This document shows, piece by piece, positions 23,637 through 37,217 of a stretch of DNA of 64,000 bases (position 1 is its first letter; every line of letters starts with the position of its first letter). Under the pieces are notes generated by a model. The model ran no database searches, had not been told where the DNA came from, and worked only from the letters and a program-made list of their open reading frames with translations. This DNA is from Stylophora pistillata. Lineage: Eukaryota. The position numbers and the translations under genes are program-made. The stretch is from positions 158,532 to 222,531 of the forward strand of contig NW_019217926.1 in the NCBI RefSeq assembly GCF_002571385.2, written 5' to 3'.

Positions 23637-26600
23637 TTAATTTACTTCAGTTTTGTTTGTCTCCATTTGTTTGAAAAGTTCATCTGCATCTTCACTCGTT
23701 TTTACTCTAATTAAATATGTTGCTGGTTTGCTGTTGTCTCCTTCAGCAGGCTTAGAGAAGAGTGGAGGATTTGGAACTGATAATAACATTAGATTGTTCT
23801 TTCCTGATCTAGTAATGGGTGTGTTTTCTGCCAGATAGACGTTCAACACAATTTTCCCAAGAGCTGTATCATTCCGCACCAGCACTTGAGTTTTTCCTTC
23901 AAGTTTCTTCAAGTTCAGCATTCCAATTCCCAGTTCAACCCAAGATGATCCACGCTTAAAAAATAGTTTGCACCTGATGGAATGAAAAGCTCCTTCTTCA
24001 GCCACCACAACACTGAAATAAAATGTTAAAAAAAAAATAACTCATTATTAATCAGGGGTAATGTCTGTATGATGAAATCCACATTTAGATAAACAATATA
24101 TATCAACAAAACAAAAACCTTCACTACTCAAAAGAAACTTGTATAAAACAGATATGGTATGATAAATATGCATTATTGGCCATGCAAGAGGTAAAGGTGG
24201 CTGGATATTGGCCTGGTTCTTTTTTTTTTGTCTCAGTCCATTGAAAGATGAAACAATTGAAAAAATCCGAGCCCCAGATGGGACTTGAACCCACGACCCT
24301 CCGTGATCTAGTCGGATGCTCTAACCACTGAGCTACTGGAGACTCTATGTCAACTTGTGGGCCTAGACTGGAACCGCATTGCGCGGCTACACAGCCAAGT
24401 ATTGGTTAGCACCTGTGAAACTCACTAACAGCATCACGCTGTCACATTAAAGCATATCAAGATGCGGCCAACCAACCTCCAAAGTGAGCATGTAAAGATG
24501 AAACAATCAGTCCATTGAGGCAAAAAAAAAAAAGCAGGCTAAAATTCCGTCATCTTGACTGAACATGCTTAGTCAATAAAGGATTTATTATATATATAAA
24601 AAAAAGATTTCACCTTATTAAGAATTGAGAATGACTTTTTTATTTAGTGAGACAAGACAGGAGGTCAATTGTTTTTGGAGCACAAAGCCATTTATGTTTT
24701 CTTTATTGCCAATGTCCTACTGCTTTTTCCAACTCCATCACTGACGTTGTTGAAAAATTATGAACTTTTTCTGTAAGTTCCCTAGTACTTGTGCAGGACT
24801 AAATCTGGTAATCCCAAGCAGGCAGGATGGGCCCATCTTCCCTGATTGGGTAGCCAATCAGAACACAGGATTTTCCTCATGTAGAGGTGGATTTCTTCTG
24901 GAATATTCAAGCTCACAGAATGAGTGGGATATTGAGTTAAACATAATTATGTAAAACACCAAAGGCCTTTACTGACAAGAAAAGTCATCTTTATCACTTG
25001 ATTGAGAATGGTGAACATTCATCAACCTGAGAGTGTCAAGAGAGGAGAGTGACATGTCAGCAGTGGATAGGTAATATTAAACACACATTAAAACTTATTG
25101 CAATTTTATACATTTGCAATATAGGATTTCTCAGGGCCGGATATCCTGGTTAAATACCACAATTATTCTTGTAACCATCTATACCAAATCACACACTTAA
25201 TGACTCTCTTGGAGTCCCATTAGGGTTTCATAGTATCATGGGAAACACCAGCCTGTCACCAAACAGACAAAAAAACACCTTGTGAAAAGAAGAACATTGC
25301 CAGGACAAAGAAAGAAAAAAATTTTACTTCACTCTGAGTGAAAAAAAAAAAGAAAAGAAAGATGTTTATCCTCTGCGGTTTATGATATATGGCTGGCTAT
25401 CCTCAGGCTGGGGATGCACAATAATAACCACCTTTTTGGTTTAGGAACTTCCTCCTCAGCATTTTCTTCTCCTGATGTTCCAGGCTGACTCTCTGCACCA
25501 CTTGTCTCTGAGCTTGGAGCTTCTACAGTTAAACATCAGAAAACCTCTAGAGTTAGTTACACAATAACATTGGCATTGTCAAGAGGGTAGACAGCTCTCA
25601 GCCAACTAAAATACTTCTGAACTAAAGCAATCTTGAGTCCCCAAGGTAAAGGATATATTCATGCACATGCCTGAATAAACGCACATGGAGCAGAGGAGTT
25701 CAAATTTGATTTCCAGTAAATCAATTGCAGCTCCGACGAAGGGCTAACGCTCAAAACATCAGCTTTTGTAATCGTTACGGTGGCCAATTTACCATTTCAA
25801 CTTTGTTGATATATCCAAATTGCAGTAAGACTTTATCTTATTTATTGACTTTTGATTTATACAATTCCAATGAGATCCTGCTCAAATCTAATCTGTGCCA
25901 ATGATGAACAGGATAAAGGATCACTGTTGGCTACAGAGTGAAATGAATCGTATATGTGCACGATCCTTCGCAGTAAAGCACTATTTAAGCAATAGTGAAA
26001 ATCAGACCTGAAAAAAATTCAGGCCTGTACGGGATTCGAACCACTGACCTCTTCGATACTAGTGCAGCGCTCTACCAATTGAGCTAACAAGCCAACTGGG
26101 AGCAGGCCATCAAGTTGTTTGGTGAAGCAGAAGAGATAGTGACTAATTAAAAAAGCATTTATAGATCCCCTGTTCCCTCCTTATTGCACAAATCCATTGT
26201 AAAAAGATTAAGTAAAAGAAATCACACTCACCTGTATTTAAAGGCTTTACATTGTCTTCTTGTGTTTCCAGTGATGTTTGGGAGGGAGGAGTACTAAATA
26301 ATGAAAATGAACTTGTTGCAGGTTGAGAGGATGTGCTGAATGTCACTGATTTAGTTGATGATGAATTTGCCACAGCTGTTGTTGAATTTGAAAACTTTGA
26401 GTCAATGTTCTTCATGTGTTGCTTATAATCATCAAAAATTGGAGATAAATCAACATAAGGATTTGTGGTAATGTGCTTTTGAATCCAGGCGACAACGCTT
26501 TCATTGAGGGCCTTAAGATTATCCTCATAAGAGCTCCCCTGAGCTTTTGACTCCTTGGATGAATTAGATTTGAAGCCATTTTCATTGCTGGATGAAGCTT

Positions 26601-28276
26601 CAGTTGTTGGCTTGTTTAAACCATTGAACATGTTTTTGGGACCTGATGCCAGACTGAAGAATCCTGCCAGCGGTTTGGTGGAGGGTGTGCTTGTTCCAAA
26701 AGCTGTAGCATTGTTATTTAAACTGCCAAAACCAGAGAATCCTTGGAAAACCCCTCCACCCTGAATGAAACAAGAACAATACATTTTTGTCCCTTTGGCA
26801 CAATGACCATGGTTGAGAGATCACTCTCAGGGTAAACAGCATGTTAAGAAAACAAATTTGATAAAGGGAGCAGGGTATCAGCTTAACTTGCTGCAGGTAA
26901 TGACCAGCTATAACCTAACAACACAATTGTTACAATCACCTACTCTGAATAACGAGCCTCCTGTTCCTTGTGGCTCAGTTTTCTGCATGGAAGCATGACA
27001 TATATCTTATTAAAAAGACCGAGGGCCGATATTCTTCCAGTACGGTCCTGAGCAAGCTTGGTTAATCAGAGATTTATTATATGACTGAAGTTCAAAGGGA
27101 CACAAGTGCGGTATCATTCGCGACCATTCAGGACAGTGCCCGGTCCAATACTGAGAGAATATTGACCAGCAATAGAGCATTTTGATTGGTTGATTTTAGT
27201 TATTGGCCCTCTGAATGCCCGAGTCGTGTAATAAAGTCCTGTTACTCAAAATCTTTTTGATAACACTCTTTTTGCACTACAATTTATTGTTCTGGACTAA
27301 CTTAAGTATACCTTTCAGGACCACTTTCAATCCATGCACAGACTGTCCTCTAATTCAGTAAAGAGTTCAGCAGAGACACTCAGAAAAATCTACTGTTAAA
27401 AGACCAAGTACCTGACTATCTGTGGTGTTCACACGTCGTTTAGCCTTGATTATTCTGATGACAAAACAATGATAAGGACCAATGTAAAATTAAGTGTATA
27501 TTGACATACCGCAAGCTTGGGTAAAAACAGCTTTCACTAGCCTGTTTTACAACTTAAACGCTAACATCAGTTTACTCATTCTCTAGAACTATTGTTCTCT
27601 GTACATTTCCAAAGGTGCTGACAAGGATAATTTTTTTCAAATCAAGAGTTTCTTCCGTTGAAAATTGTTTCCTTTATTCTCATGACCTTAATGTGTGATT
27701 CAGGGGTGATATTGTAAGGAGAAATTAGATGCTGGTCACTCCTAAGGGTCCAAGGTTATGGACAAGCAACAAGTTGGTGAGTGGTACAACACGACATGAA
27801 GGAAAAACTGACGTACATACAACAACAAAAATTATGGGCCGCTACTACACAACACAAGATGATATGTTATATTTACTCACTTTCTTTTGCTCAAATCCTC
27901 AGAAGTTGCAACTTTGAAATGACCAACCTGTGAAATAACCAACGTTTAAAATGAGCGTGCTTTTGTAATTTGACCTTCTTTGAGTGGTTAGGAAATTACG
28001 CGCCACGCTGGGAGCAAATCTCCATTTGAAATCGGTCCTTGGGCCAAAATAACAAACCTAAGCAATGAGAAATGTTAAAATAAACGGCTAAACTTCAGAA
28101 TGCCCGGCCACTTCATTCTTCAAAGCCTCCCGACACATGTAAATGATGTGGACGGGTATTCTGAAGTTGTTCCAAATAAACATAGAAATGTAAAATAAAA
28201 TAATCACTTCTTCTTCATCCTCTTCTTGGTCCCAGTTATCTTGAGTAAGCTCTTTATCCGCGCCTCTCTTCGCCAT
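23637..28276 (-). CDS. NUP50: Nuclear pore protein Nup50, 6 coding exons, about 384 aa
   Basis: Exons 28276-28208, 27927-27881, 27454-27412, 26760-26232, 25522-25432 and 24012-23637 are all GT-AG and phase-consistent. N-terminal MAKRGADKELTQDNWDQE...KRKIIKAKRR, an FG region, LKALNESVVAWIQKH...PYVDLSPIFDDYKQH and a C-terminal RanBP1-like domain. Confidence 0.95.
24245..24506 (-). mobile_element. Second tRNA-derived insert family with 12-bp TSD, inside a MITE in NUP50 intron 5
   Basis: TSD tcagtccattga at 24233-24244 and 24507-24518. The minus strand has tagctcagtggttagagc...ggttcaagtccc (A and B boxes). Terminal direct repeat aagatgaaacaa. Confidence 0.8.
25730..25820 (+). mobile_element. Penelope-derived end fragment with decayed hammerhead
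   Basis: gctccgacgaagggctaacgctcaaaacatcagc is a degenerate form of gct-CTGACGA...GAAACGTC-agc. Relatives lie at 31170-31320 and 41905-42175, the latter with an inverted partial copy. Confidence 0.65.
25945..26120 (-). mobile_element. Single copy of the tRNA-Thr-like repeat (tRNA part 26022-26093)
   Basis: Nearly identical to 18010-18180. A decayed relative lies at about 45320-45440. Confidence 0.85.
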
Positions 28277-28474
28277 TTTGGTGGGCACCACACATGCGCA
28301 TTTTGGCCGCAGTGAGAAGCACCCTTCATCCGGGATCTTGCTAGTACGCTCTCTCGCTTCTGTACGTATTTGGTCATTTCAGTTCCCTTCAGAGACCCGT
28401 GGACGGTACCCCTTAGCCGTTCAACCTTCCATAAATACCGAGAAATCCCCGCAAACAACGGCCCTCGCTGCTTG
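28277..28474. promoter_or_regulatory. Compact bidirectional promoter and 5' UTRs of NUP50 and PHF21
   Basis: The divergent ATGs at 28276 (minus) and 28475 (plus) are separated by 198 bp of CpG-rich sequence. A YY1-like gccatttt motif overlaps the NUP50 start. Confidence 0.75.
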
Positions 28475-31400
28475 ATGGAGTTGGAGAAATTGCAGTCGCA
28501 GTTGAAAAGCCAACTTCAGCAACACCAGGTAGGTTATTTTCCATTCGGAAGTGCGATTGACAAACTATGTCCACAAGTGTTTTGCATGCAGATTAGGTAG
28601 GCAAAAGGTTTTTGCGATTTTCTAACTACCCGAATGCTCTTTTACGTCGGGCTTTTTTCGGCCGTAGGTTCGAACAGGAAATATTATGGTAGTTTGTATT
28701 ACAGCATTTTAGTTCTAGAATGATTATTCTGCCGGCGAAACGAATTCGCGAATTTCTTCGAACTCGAACGAGCGACACGGTACATATTTAATCTATTTTG
28801 CTGTGTATGCCTCCCCATTAGTTCACTTGAACTTCTGGTAAATGCATAAATTGTGGCGGTCAGTTCGAGTTTCGCTCTTGGCTGTGATTTAACTGATGTT
28901 TTCTCTCAATTTTTGTAGATTCTTATTCATCAAATTAAGACAGATCCACAGGTAAAATATATTTTCGCTTCTTTTGAACAGAATGTTTCAGTGTGTTGGG
29001 TTTCAATTGTTTTCCGTCGACGCAGTTTTTGAGAAATATTTTCAAACACGGATATCTCTATTTAATAGAATCCCGACCTTCAGAAAAAGTTACAGAGTCT
29101 TCAAGCTCATATCACAAGTTTAAGCGAACAACAGGTAGGTTAATGGAGAAGAAGAGAGTTTATTCAGAGGTAAGGAGAGGCATGAAAAATCACATGCAAA
29201 TGTAGGAAGGAGATTTTGCTCTGAGACATAGAGGGTGGTGAAAAATTAAAATGCAGGGTCTTCATGCTCATAGGAGCCAATCACAAACCGACAAAGTCCC
29301 GTGGGACTTGCTACAGGTGTGGGCAAAACGAAGGAAAATTGTTTTGCCTTGAAGTCTAGTGATATTGTTTTTTTCTCTTTTTTTACTCTCGATTTCGCAG
29401 AACGCTGGAATTAAAATATTAAACGAATCGCGTTTTATTCTTTCGCTGCGGTACGATTTAACGGCGTTCATGATCTTTGTTAATCATTGCTTTGATAGAA
29501 CCGGAAGTGAGATCATACATTTTGGTACTTTCGTATCTGTGAAGTGTCAACTTGAGAGACGTTTTATGCATTTGTTAAAAATTTATTTTGTTCCTTTTTG
29601 GAGCCTCTATTGCTTTTATCTCTTGCCTCTACTTCATAAGAAGTTTAAAGATAGCACTGATTATAGTAAACATGTAAACTCATTCAGATGTTCTTGCTTC
29701 AAAAAATATAATTGATTTCATGTGATAAGAATAAGACTTTGATCAAGAATTAATTTGGGAGAGATGTGTGTTGTCTAGGAGGGCAAAGGAAAGAAATAAG
29801 GAAGGAAGGAAAAATGAGGTGGTTCACTTGAAAAGTTCTTATATTTTTCATTTTTCTTTTGCATGACACTAGTTGATATTGTTCTGGTGCATTTTGGGAA
29901 GATTGTTGATGCTTGTTTTGCAGAGTCATGTTGTGAAGCAGTTGAGGCAAGAATTAATGAACAAAGCAGAATTTAGAGGAGAGGTGAGTTGATACAAATG
30001 ACTTAGTATAATTTTCATTTTTTTTCCTTGTCAAAAAAGCTTCTACATGTATTTTGAATTTTTGAAATACCTTACACACCAGACCATTTAATTAAAGTAT
30101 GCAGATTTTTGAGCTGATTATTTTTTCCATATATATATTTTTCGAGTCTAGTTATCCTCAAATATTGAAAGCAACTTTTTTAAACAAGAAGGGTGTATGG
30201 TTCAGCTAATTTTTATGGATACATAATTTTTTAATTGAAAACTTTTTGACCAAATGGCATTCAATGTCTGGTTGTAATTCTCACAATGAATGCTTGTAGT
30301 CATTTGCAATTCTTTCTGTCACTTACCAATTGTAGGAAAATAATGTAAAATCACCATTAAGTGATAACCATTCAAACAACATCACGTCACCTGACAATAA
30401 GGAAGCAGTATTTGCATCAAGTAAACCTCTGGTCAAAATAGAGCCATCTGTTAAAATGGAGATGTCAATCAAGACAGAACCACAGGATATTAAACCCTTT
30501 AAGATTACATCTCAGCAAAAGCCGCTGCCAATCCAGCTTCCAAGAATAAAGCCAAAACCACCACCCGTGGTTCTTGTCACTCCCCAGGTGATTATGTTTA
30601 CAACTTTATTAAAAACATAAAAACATTGCTCTGGTTTTTATAAAATGTGGTATAAGTGGGTAGTTTAGAATGGCAGGCTGTTACTTTTCAAGGTACAGAC
30701 GGCCTCCCATTCTCAGTGAGATTCAGGATCCAGGCTCAACTCCAATTTTTCATAGCTTTCAGGTGGGGAGCCAGCTCATTATAAGTGGTCTGATCTTCCT
30801 GCCATCTGGTTTCTATTGAAACCACATAATTGTTAGATTTGAGATTTAGAGATAATATCATAATGGTAAAATGGCCTATGTCAAACCCATGATAAGAAGT
30901 ACTTGTAGGTTCAAGATTGGACTAATTGTGTTCTCTGCTTTGCATTGTTGAGCCAGACAATTATCTCTCATGATGCCTTCCTGTGCCTTAATAAGGCTGG
31001 TTGATTTAGAGGTGGCTAGCACTTGTTGGAGATGGCAAGATGACTTTAGCCTAGATTTTTCTAAACTAATAGTATGATTTGACTTGAATCTTCTAAAGGG
31101 TTTATGAGCTATTCGCTCATAAGGGTTTATGTCCTATTCCCTAAACCCCTAAAGGGTTTATGTCCTATTTGCTCCCACGAAGGGCTAATGCCCAAAACGT
31201 CAGCTTTTGTAATCGTTATGGTGGCCAATTTACCATTTCAACTTTGTTGATATATCCAAATTATTTCGTTACTCCCACCGACGCAGCCCCAAACAGTTTC
31301 TTTCAAAACTATCAGCCTTTATCGGTTTATGAGCTTAGGCCTGTTTACCATATGATTGCCCAGATTATTGCAATTAAATCACATTCCAGGCAGTCATGTC

Positions 31401-34400
31401 AAAACCAACCTTAAACTCATACCCAGTTTTATCTGGACAATCAAGGTTGTTAGTTGTGTATTTTTTAGGATGATCATGGCAATTAGATGATTTTTTGTGT
31501 ACTTAATTATTGTTGATTCCTCTTTTTATTTGATGAATTTTAGACTATTGCTGGTGTACAGATGGGCCCAATGTTTTCTCCTGTCCATCCTCAGTCATCA
31601 AGGAAAGGTTCTGTCAACATTCCCACACCTTATCAACAGAATAACAGAGCTCCTCAGAGTCCATTCAGACATGGGGGACGAACATTCAGTACTCAACATC
31701 TTCAGCCAATACTGCCACGTCCCACTCCTCAAAGCAATTCGTTACCAATTCAGGACACTAGCAAACAAGCAATAAAGACTATTGAGCCCAAGGTATAAGA
31801 TTCGTATCAGAGTAGCTCCATCACCATTCATTATCAATGCTCCTGTTTTTTTCCTTCCTTGTTTAAAGGTTTTTTCTCAACTTTATGTTGACCTACGACC
31901 TATCCATGCTAAAAGTGTGTGATGTTGTACTAGGACAAAGTCATTCCCTTCATTTTGATCAATAATTTTCCATAGTTCATCCCAAATATGCTTACTATTG
32001 TGAATTTTGTTAGTTATCCTGCTTGGACATAATATCCCTTTTAGCTTGTTGGAAATTAGATATGATTTCTAATTGTTGATCTATCATATTTTTTTATGTG
32101 AATCTGCAAGTTCTTAGCATTGCTTGCTTTTTTTTCCTTGTCAATACAGAAAATGGAGTTTATGGCAGCTCTTGGTCTTATTACACCACAGACATTAATT
32201 GGTAAGAGCTTTGAATATCAATTTTCAACCCTTTAACCCATTAATGGCCGCAGCTTTTGTGAAAAACTGTGTTTTGAAGCTAGTCGAGCAGATTTCAGGT
32301 CACTGTTGTGGTTTTAAAAGCTCAAACTTACCAAAAACCCATTGAGAGCTTGTACAGTCGACAGCCTTTCGATCCAAATGCAAAATGGCAGCCTCAAAAT
32401 CTCGGGCACGCACAGAAAGCAAAATTTCAAGATGCCCCACTTACGACTTTTATTTTTCTCTCTTTCTCCTGCCCTTTTTTTCCCCTCTCCTTGCCTGAAG
32501 TTTCTCCTCACTTGTTGGAAATTTAGTAGGCTTCATTTTGGTGTAGAGATTTTTTCGGAAACTACTCATTATTTTCAAACCACATGCTCAGAAAGGTAGG
32601 TGGGTAATGGAACAAGATTTTCGTGCAGATTTTCAGGTCAAAGTTACGTGGATTTTTGGCTATTTCTCCAATCTCCTTCACTCAATTGTGCTCATTCTGG
32701 TATTGTTTGTAAGATATTTTCAACCTGTTCAAGTACGTGCTCAAAGTCGTGCTCCAGGGTTAAAAGTGATGACATCACAAGGCGTAGAAAGGGTGTGGGT
32801 CCACATGGGCGCATACGGGTGCACTGGACGTCAATAGGTTAACTCCCAAGATCTGATTGTTAATTCTTCCCTCTAACTGCTTCATATTTCCTTGTAAATT
32901 AGTTATAAGAATTTTGGTGTTTGGTTGGGATAACAACTTCTACCTGATAAGTTTGAGTATTCTCGTTACCTGTTTGCTGGATAATGTATCAATATTAGAA
33001 GGATAATTTTCATGTTAATCACTTCTATGAGTTAAGGGGTTAAAGATGTTTTCCTCCAGATAAGATAAAGAAGCTTACTTATCACATACTTGTGTCTTTT
33101 TTGGCATCTAGTTAAATTAATTTGATAGTTTTTCTTTACTTTGTGGTACTTTGCTTCAAGTTACCACTTTCTCTTGTTTTTCGGTGTAAACAAATGTTAT
33201 ACAGGTGGTCCATTTATTTTCAACTTATGTACAGAAGAATTCTTTATTCTCTGAGAGAAAAAAATTAGTTTACAAATTGAAAATAATTGGCACAATATCC
33301 CTTTGGTTATGCTTCAAGAGTAAAGGACATTATGGCTGAATTAATTTATGCAAATATCAATAAAATCTAGAGCACAATACATTAAAAGTTACAATATTGT
33401 CCTTATTTTGTCATGCAATATAAGTAGTAATTTGTCAGTATTGATGTCCAACAAAGGATTCAAAATTCCTTGTGGTCTGAATACTTTTGAGAGGCATTTG
33501 GCTATTGGTGCTTGGATCCTTTGAATACCTCAATGGAAGTGAAGCATAAAGGATAATAATTGCTTGGTTTGAGGGCAGACAAAGTTTTTGTGGAATATTA
33601 TTGGTGAATGTGCTTTTCATTTTGTATTTCTACAGATAAACTAAGGTTGGCCAGATTTTTCCTCTTTTCATTAACATTCCAATGGCTTTTTAATTTCTCT
33701 CTATGAATTAATTCACAAACATACAGTGTAGTTGTCGTTAGACAAAATATTGCTTCACTTTTGTGTTGAAATGGCTGCATGTTTTGATTTTCGTGAAAAT
33801 AGAATGTCATGTGCCATGTTAGGATGTTAGCTTTATTGCTGAATGATCATAGGAAGTTATTATGCTTCATAACACAATGTTGCCACTGGGTTGTTGAGAG
33901 AGAGGAAGTAATTGAATGTTTCATTTTCAGGGAAACATTATACTCTTTCCTGTTTTCAGTTAAGCTTGCATGATAACAAGCTGTTGCTTAAGTCACAAAT
34001 TCAAAGATGTTGATACATTATAATGCTATTGGAACAGGGAATCTGTAATGTAGATTATAATTAATCTGCCTTTGACTAGAGATTGAGCGAGCTGTTAAAG
34101 GTGCCAGAACTGTGATATTGATGTCTTTAAACCAATAAATTTATTGCACAATGTTATGAAAATCCTACTTTGTGTGGGAAGCATTACATGCTTGCTTCAA
34201 TTAGTTTATTTTCATTTGTTGTTGTGGTTAATTTCCAACAGAAATTCAGCTCAAGAGACAAGAGCGAAAAAGAAGGAGTACTTGCATTTCTCCACAGAAT
34301 GCACTAGATATAGACCCCGAGGTGAGTTGTGTTAGTTCACAGAGTCATTGTGATTCTAATGATCAGTTTATAAGCTACAAACTCCTCCAAATACATTGAT

Positions 34401-37217
34401 TTATGTTGTGGTATAATGTACCCACTAGGGTAGTTATTGATGATTAATGATTTTGAAAACTTTTGAATTAGGATGTTTTTGTCATTCACAACTGCAAAGT
34501 GTTGTACAAAGCATATTCTAAAAGGATGTCTGGTTTTGTCATGAGGGAGGAATAAAGAAAAAAGTCTTGATTCCTAGCTCATTAGTAGAGGAACCTCAGA
34601 CCTTTGCATTCTGCACTTGGATTTATATACTTTTGCTTTATGTACCAGAGAATGATCGATTTTTTTATCCCTCCCAGCCTAAACGAATAAAGAAGATAAC
34701 AATGTTACCAGTAAAAAGAGGCAGAGGCCGTCCTCCCAAGTTCAACAGTGCACCAAACTCGCCAAAACCTACTTCACCTGTCCCTAATGGTTTTGCTGAA
34801 AATGGGAAGCACAAAAAATTTAAATATAAGCGTTTTGTTACCATGGATTCTCCAGTTGACGAGGTAATGTATTTTTTATCTTTAGCAGTTTTTATTAACA
34901 CGATAATGAACAATTTAGGTCAGGTTTAAATTTGTTGATGGCCAACGATTCCAGACTGATTTCCTGCAACATTCAACTTCCATAATGTAGAAATCTACAA
35001 AGGGTGGTAAGAATTAAGTCTGCATTTTGGTTTGTCCTTTAAAAAAGTGCTTGCCTGAGAGGTATTTTACTTTGCCAAAACTTTTTTGTGGCAATGTTTA
35101 AATGTAACCATTTTGTTGACTGACTTGCATCTATTATTTTGTGCTTTTCTTCTCAATTATAGTAATCCTAAATTGGTTAGGCAGCAGAGGTTATTGATAA
35201 AAATTAATATTAAGTGTTTGCTTACAACAAGACTTGATTCATGTAATGAGTATATTTTGAAATGCTTAAAAGATGTTTGCCCTAGTTGCATATGAAGAAA
35301 ATTTAAACATTTACACTTTTAATTGGTAATTTTTTAAGGGTACAATTGTGTAACAATGAATATTTCAAGTTTGCAGTGTATACACATTTTGCTGCACTAG
35401 CTCATTAAATGAAAGAGTCAAAGATAAAATGAATGAGTTGAGCAATCAGTTGGTCAAGTTACTAATCAGACAATCAATATTTACTTGCCCCCATTAATTA
35501 ATTCTTATTTCATTTTGTCTGTAGGATGATAATCATGATGAAGTGTGTGCCATTTGCAAAGAGAGCGGAGAATTGCTGCTTTGTGACACTTGTAATTTAG
35601 TTTATCATATGAGCTGTCTTGATCCTCCACTCTCCTCCGTTCCTCCTGGCATGTGGCTTTGTCCCAAGTGTCGGGTGAGGATCACATTTCTTCTAAATCA
35701 TATTTTTTGGTTGGTTTGAAATATTTCCTTTTTGTGTTCCAGTTTGATGTATGCCCTGATATTTTTAGGGGTAATTAGGTATTACAGTTAAATAAAAAGC
35801 CCTTACCATCTGTAATCAGCAACTTAATATCCAGAGAGCAATTAAACTCCCTGGGAAAATTTTATGTGCAGACATCCAACAGTGATGCTGACTAAAATGT
35901 GTGTTTGTTGTTATTTTAGGAGAGAGTCAAAGAGGATGAACCCATGCCTTGGCCTGGTACTTTAGCTGTTGTACATTCTTACTTGGCTCACAAGACAGGT
36001 AAAAGGAATATTCACCAGCAAAGTTAACTATTATACTAGGATTATTAATGGAGTGAGGCTTGGAAAAAGTTTGTTGACAGGGTTTTGATTGCAAAATAAC
36101 AATGTTGTCACTGCCAACCTTCCTCACTTCCAATGGTAACCCAATCTCAAAGCACTATGTCATTATCCATGGGAAGTGAAAGCCTGGGAATGGAGGCAGT
36201 CTCTTGTAACATCAACATGATTCCAATATCAAATGTGGTTGTCAAACTTCACCTGGCCCTCACCTACTCAACTTAAAATTATTGTATGCATTTTTAGTTA
36301 TCAGCCAAACAGAAATGAGTGAAGTCTACTTACATTTAGAATTTTTGCCCAGAGTAAAGTAATAATTATTCATGATCAATCCATATTGATATCATCATTT
36401 TACTCTTATTTAGCAAAAGAAGAAGAAAAGAATAAACTCCTCAAAAGAAGTGAAGAGTTGAAAGCAGAGAGAGTTGAACTAGAGGCCAAAGCGAAGCAGC
36501 TCAGTAATGCAATAATGGTAAGGTTATTTTTGTGAACTCCCTCATGTGGATTGGAACTATGGAACCAAAACTTTTTTTTTAACTTACAGCAGTAGGAAGA
36601 ACTTTATTTTAAAAATGAACCTTGTTTTCAGTGTTGCTGTCTGTTACTGTTTCCTGTTGGCTGTTTTTTGTTTGTTTGTTTTTTTTTTTTTTGGCAAGGA
36701 GGGGGAAAATTTTTTGCATCCACTTTAAAAAAAAATAATGGCCTAAGACCAAGGAAACAGGTATTGTCGGGTTCACGGGCAAAACACTTTTTTCCAAATT
36801 ATGTAATAGTGAAGTTTGTCTCAGTTGAAAATCTAAGCCACTTAATGTTCTGTGAAAGTGCTGGTTGCAACTATAACTAAGTTTTGATTCAGCTCAATAA
36901 ACAGCCACAGCAAAAATACCTTTATTGGTATTTGGTATTAACATCAGTTGCCACTACTAATGACAGTTTTAATCAAGACTAACCTTAATTGAACTTTCAG
37001 ATATCACATTCAAATGTTATCCCTTGTTGCCAACCATTTAATATAATACAAATCAAAGGGACAAGTAAAATGGACTGATTTTTAAAATCATTTTTTTTTT
37101 TTTGTTTGCATTTAGGAACAGATGCAGGCCAAGAGTGAACTATCAGCCAGCAACAAATCAGCACAGAATTCAGTTGATAGATTAATTAAATTTATTGAAG
37201 TGGTTCAGAGTTTATGA
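28475..37217 (+). CDS. PHF21A: PHD finger protein 21 (BHC80, pro-orthologue of PHF21A/B), 13 coding exons, about 488 aa
   Basis: Exons 28475-28528, 28919-28951, 29069-29134, 29924-29983, 30336-30587, 31544-31792, 32150-32201, 34242-34321, 34678-34863, 35525-35674, 35920-35998, 36414-36517 and 37116-37217. The protein has an N-terminal coiled coil (MELEKLQ...QHQ/...DPQ/NPDLQKKL), FMAALGL, KRQERKRR, AT-hook KRGRGRPPK, a PHD finger (HDEVCAICKESGELLLCDTCNLVYHMSCLDPP...WLCPKC), WPGTLAVVHSY and a C-terminal coiled coil. Confidence 0.95.
32237..32838. mobile_element. 602-bp TTAA-flanked piggyBac-like non-autonomous element nested in another TTAA MITE
   Basis: TTAA at 32233-32236 and 32839-32842, with imperfect TIRs cccattaatggc / gacgtcaatagg. 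Removing it restores ...aaccctttaactcccaagatc... of the host MITE (32224-33043). Confidence 0.75.
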
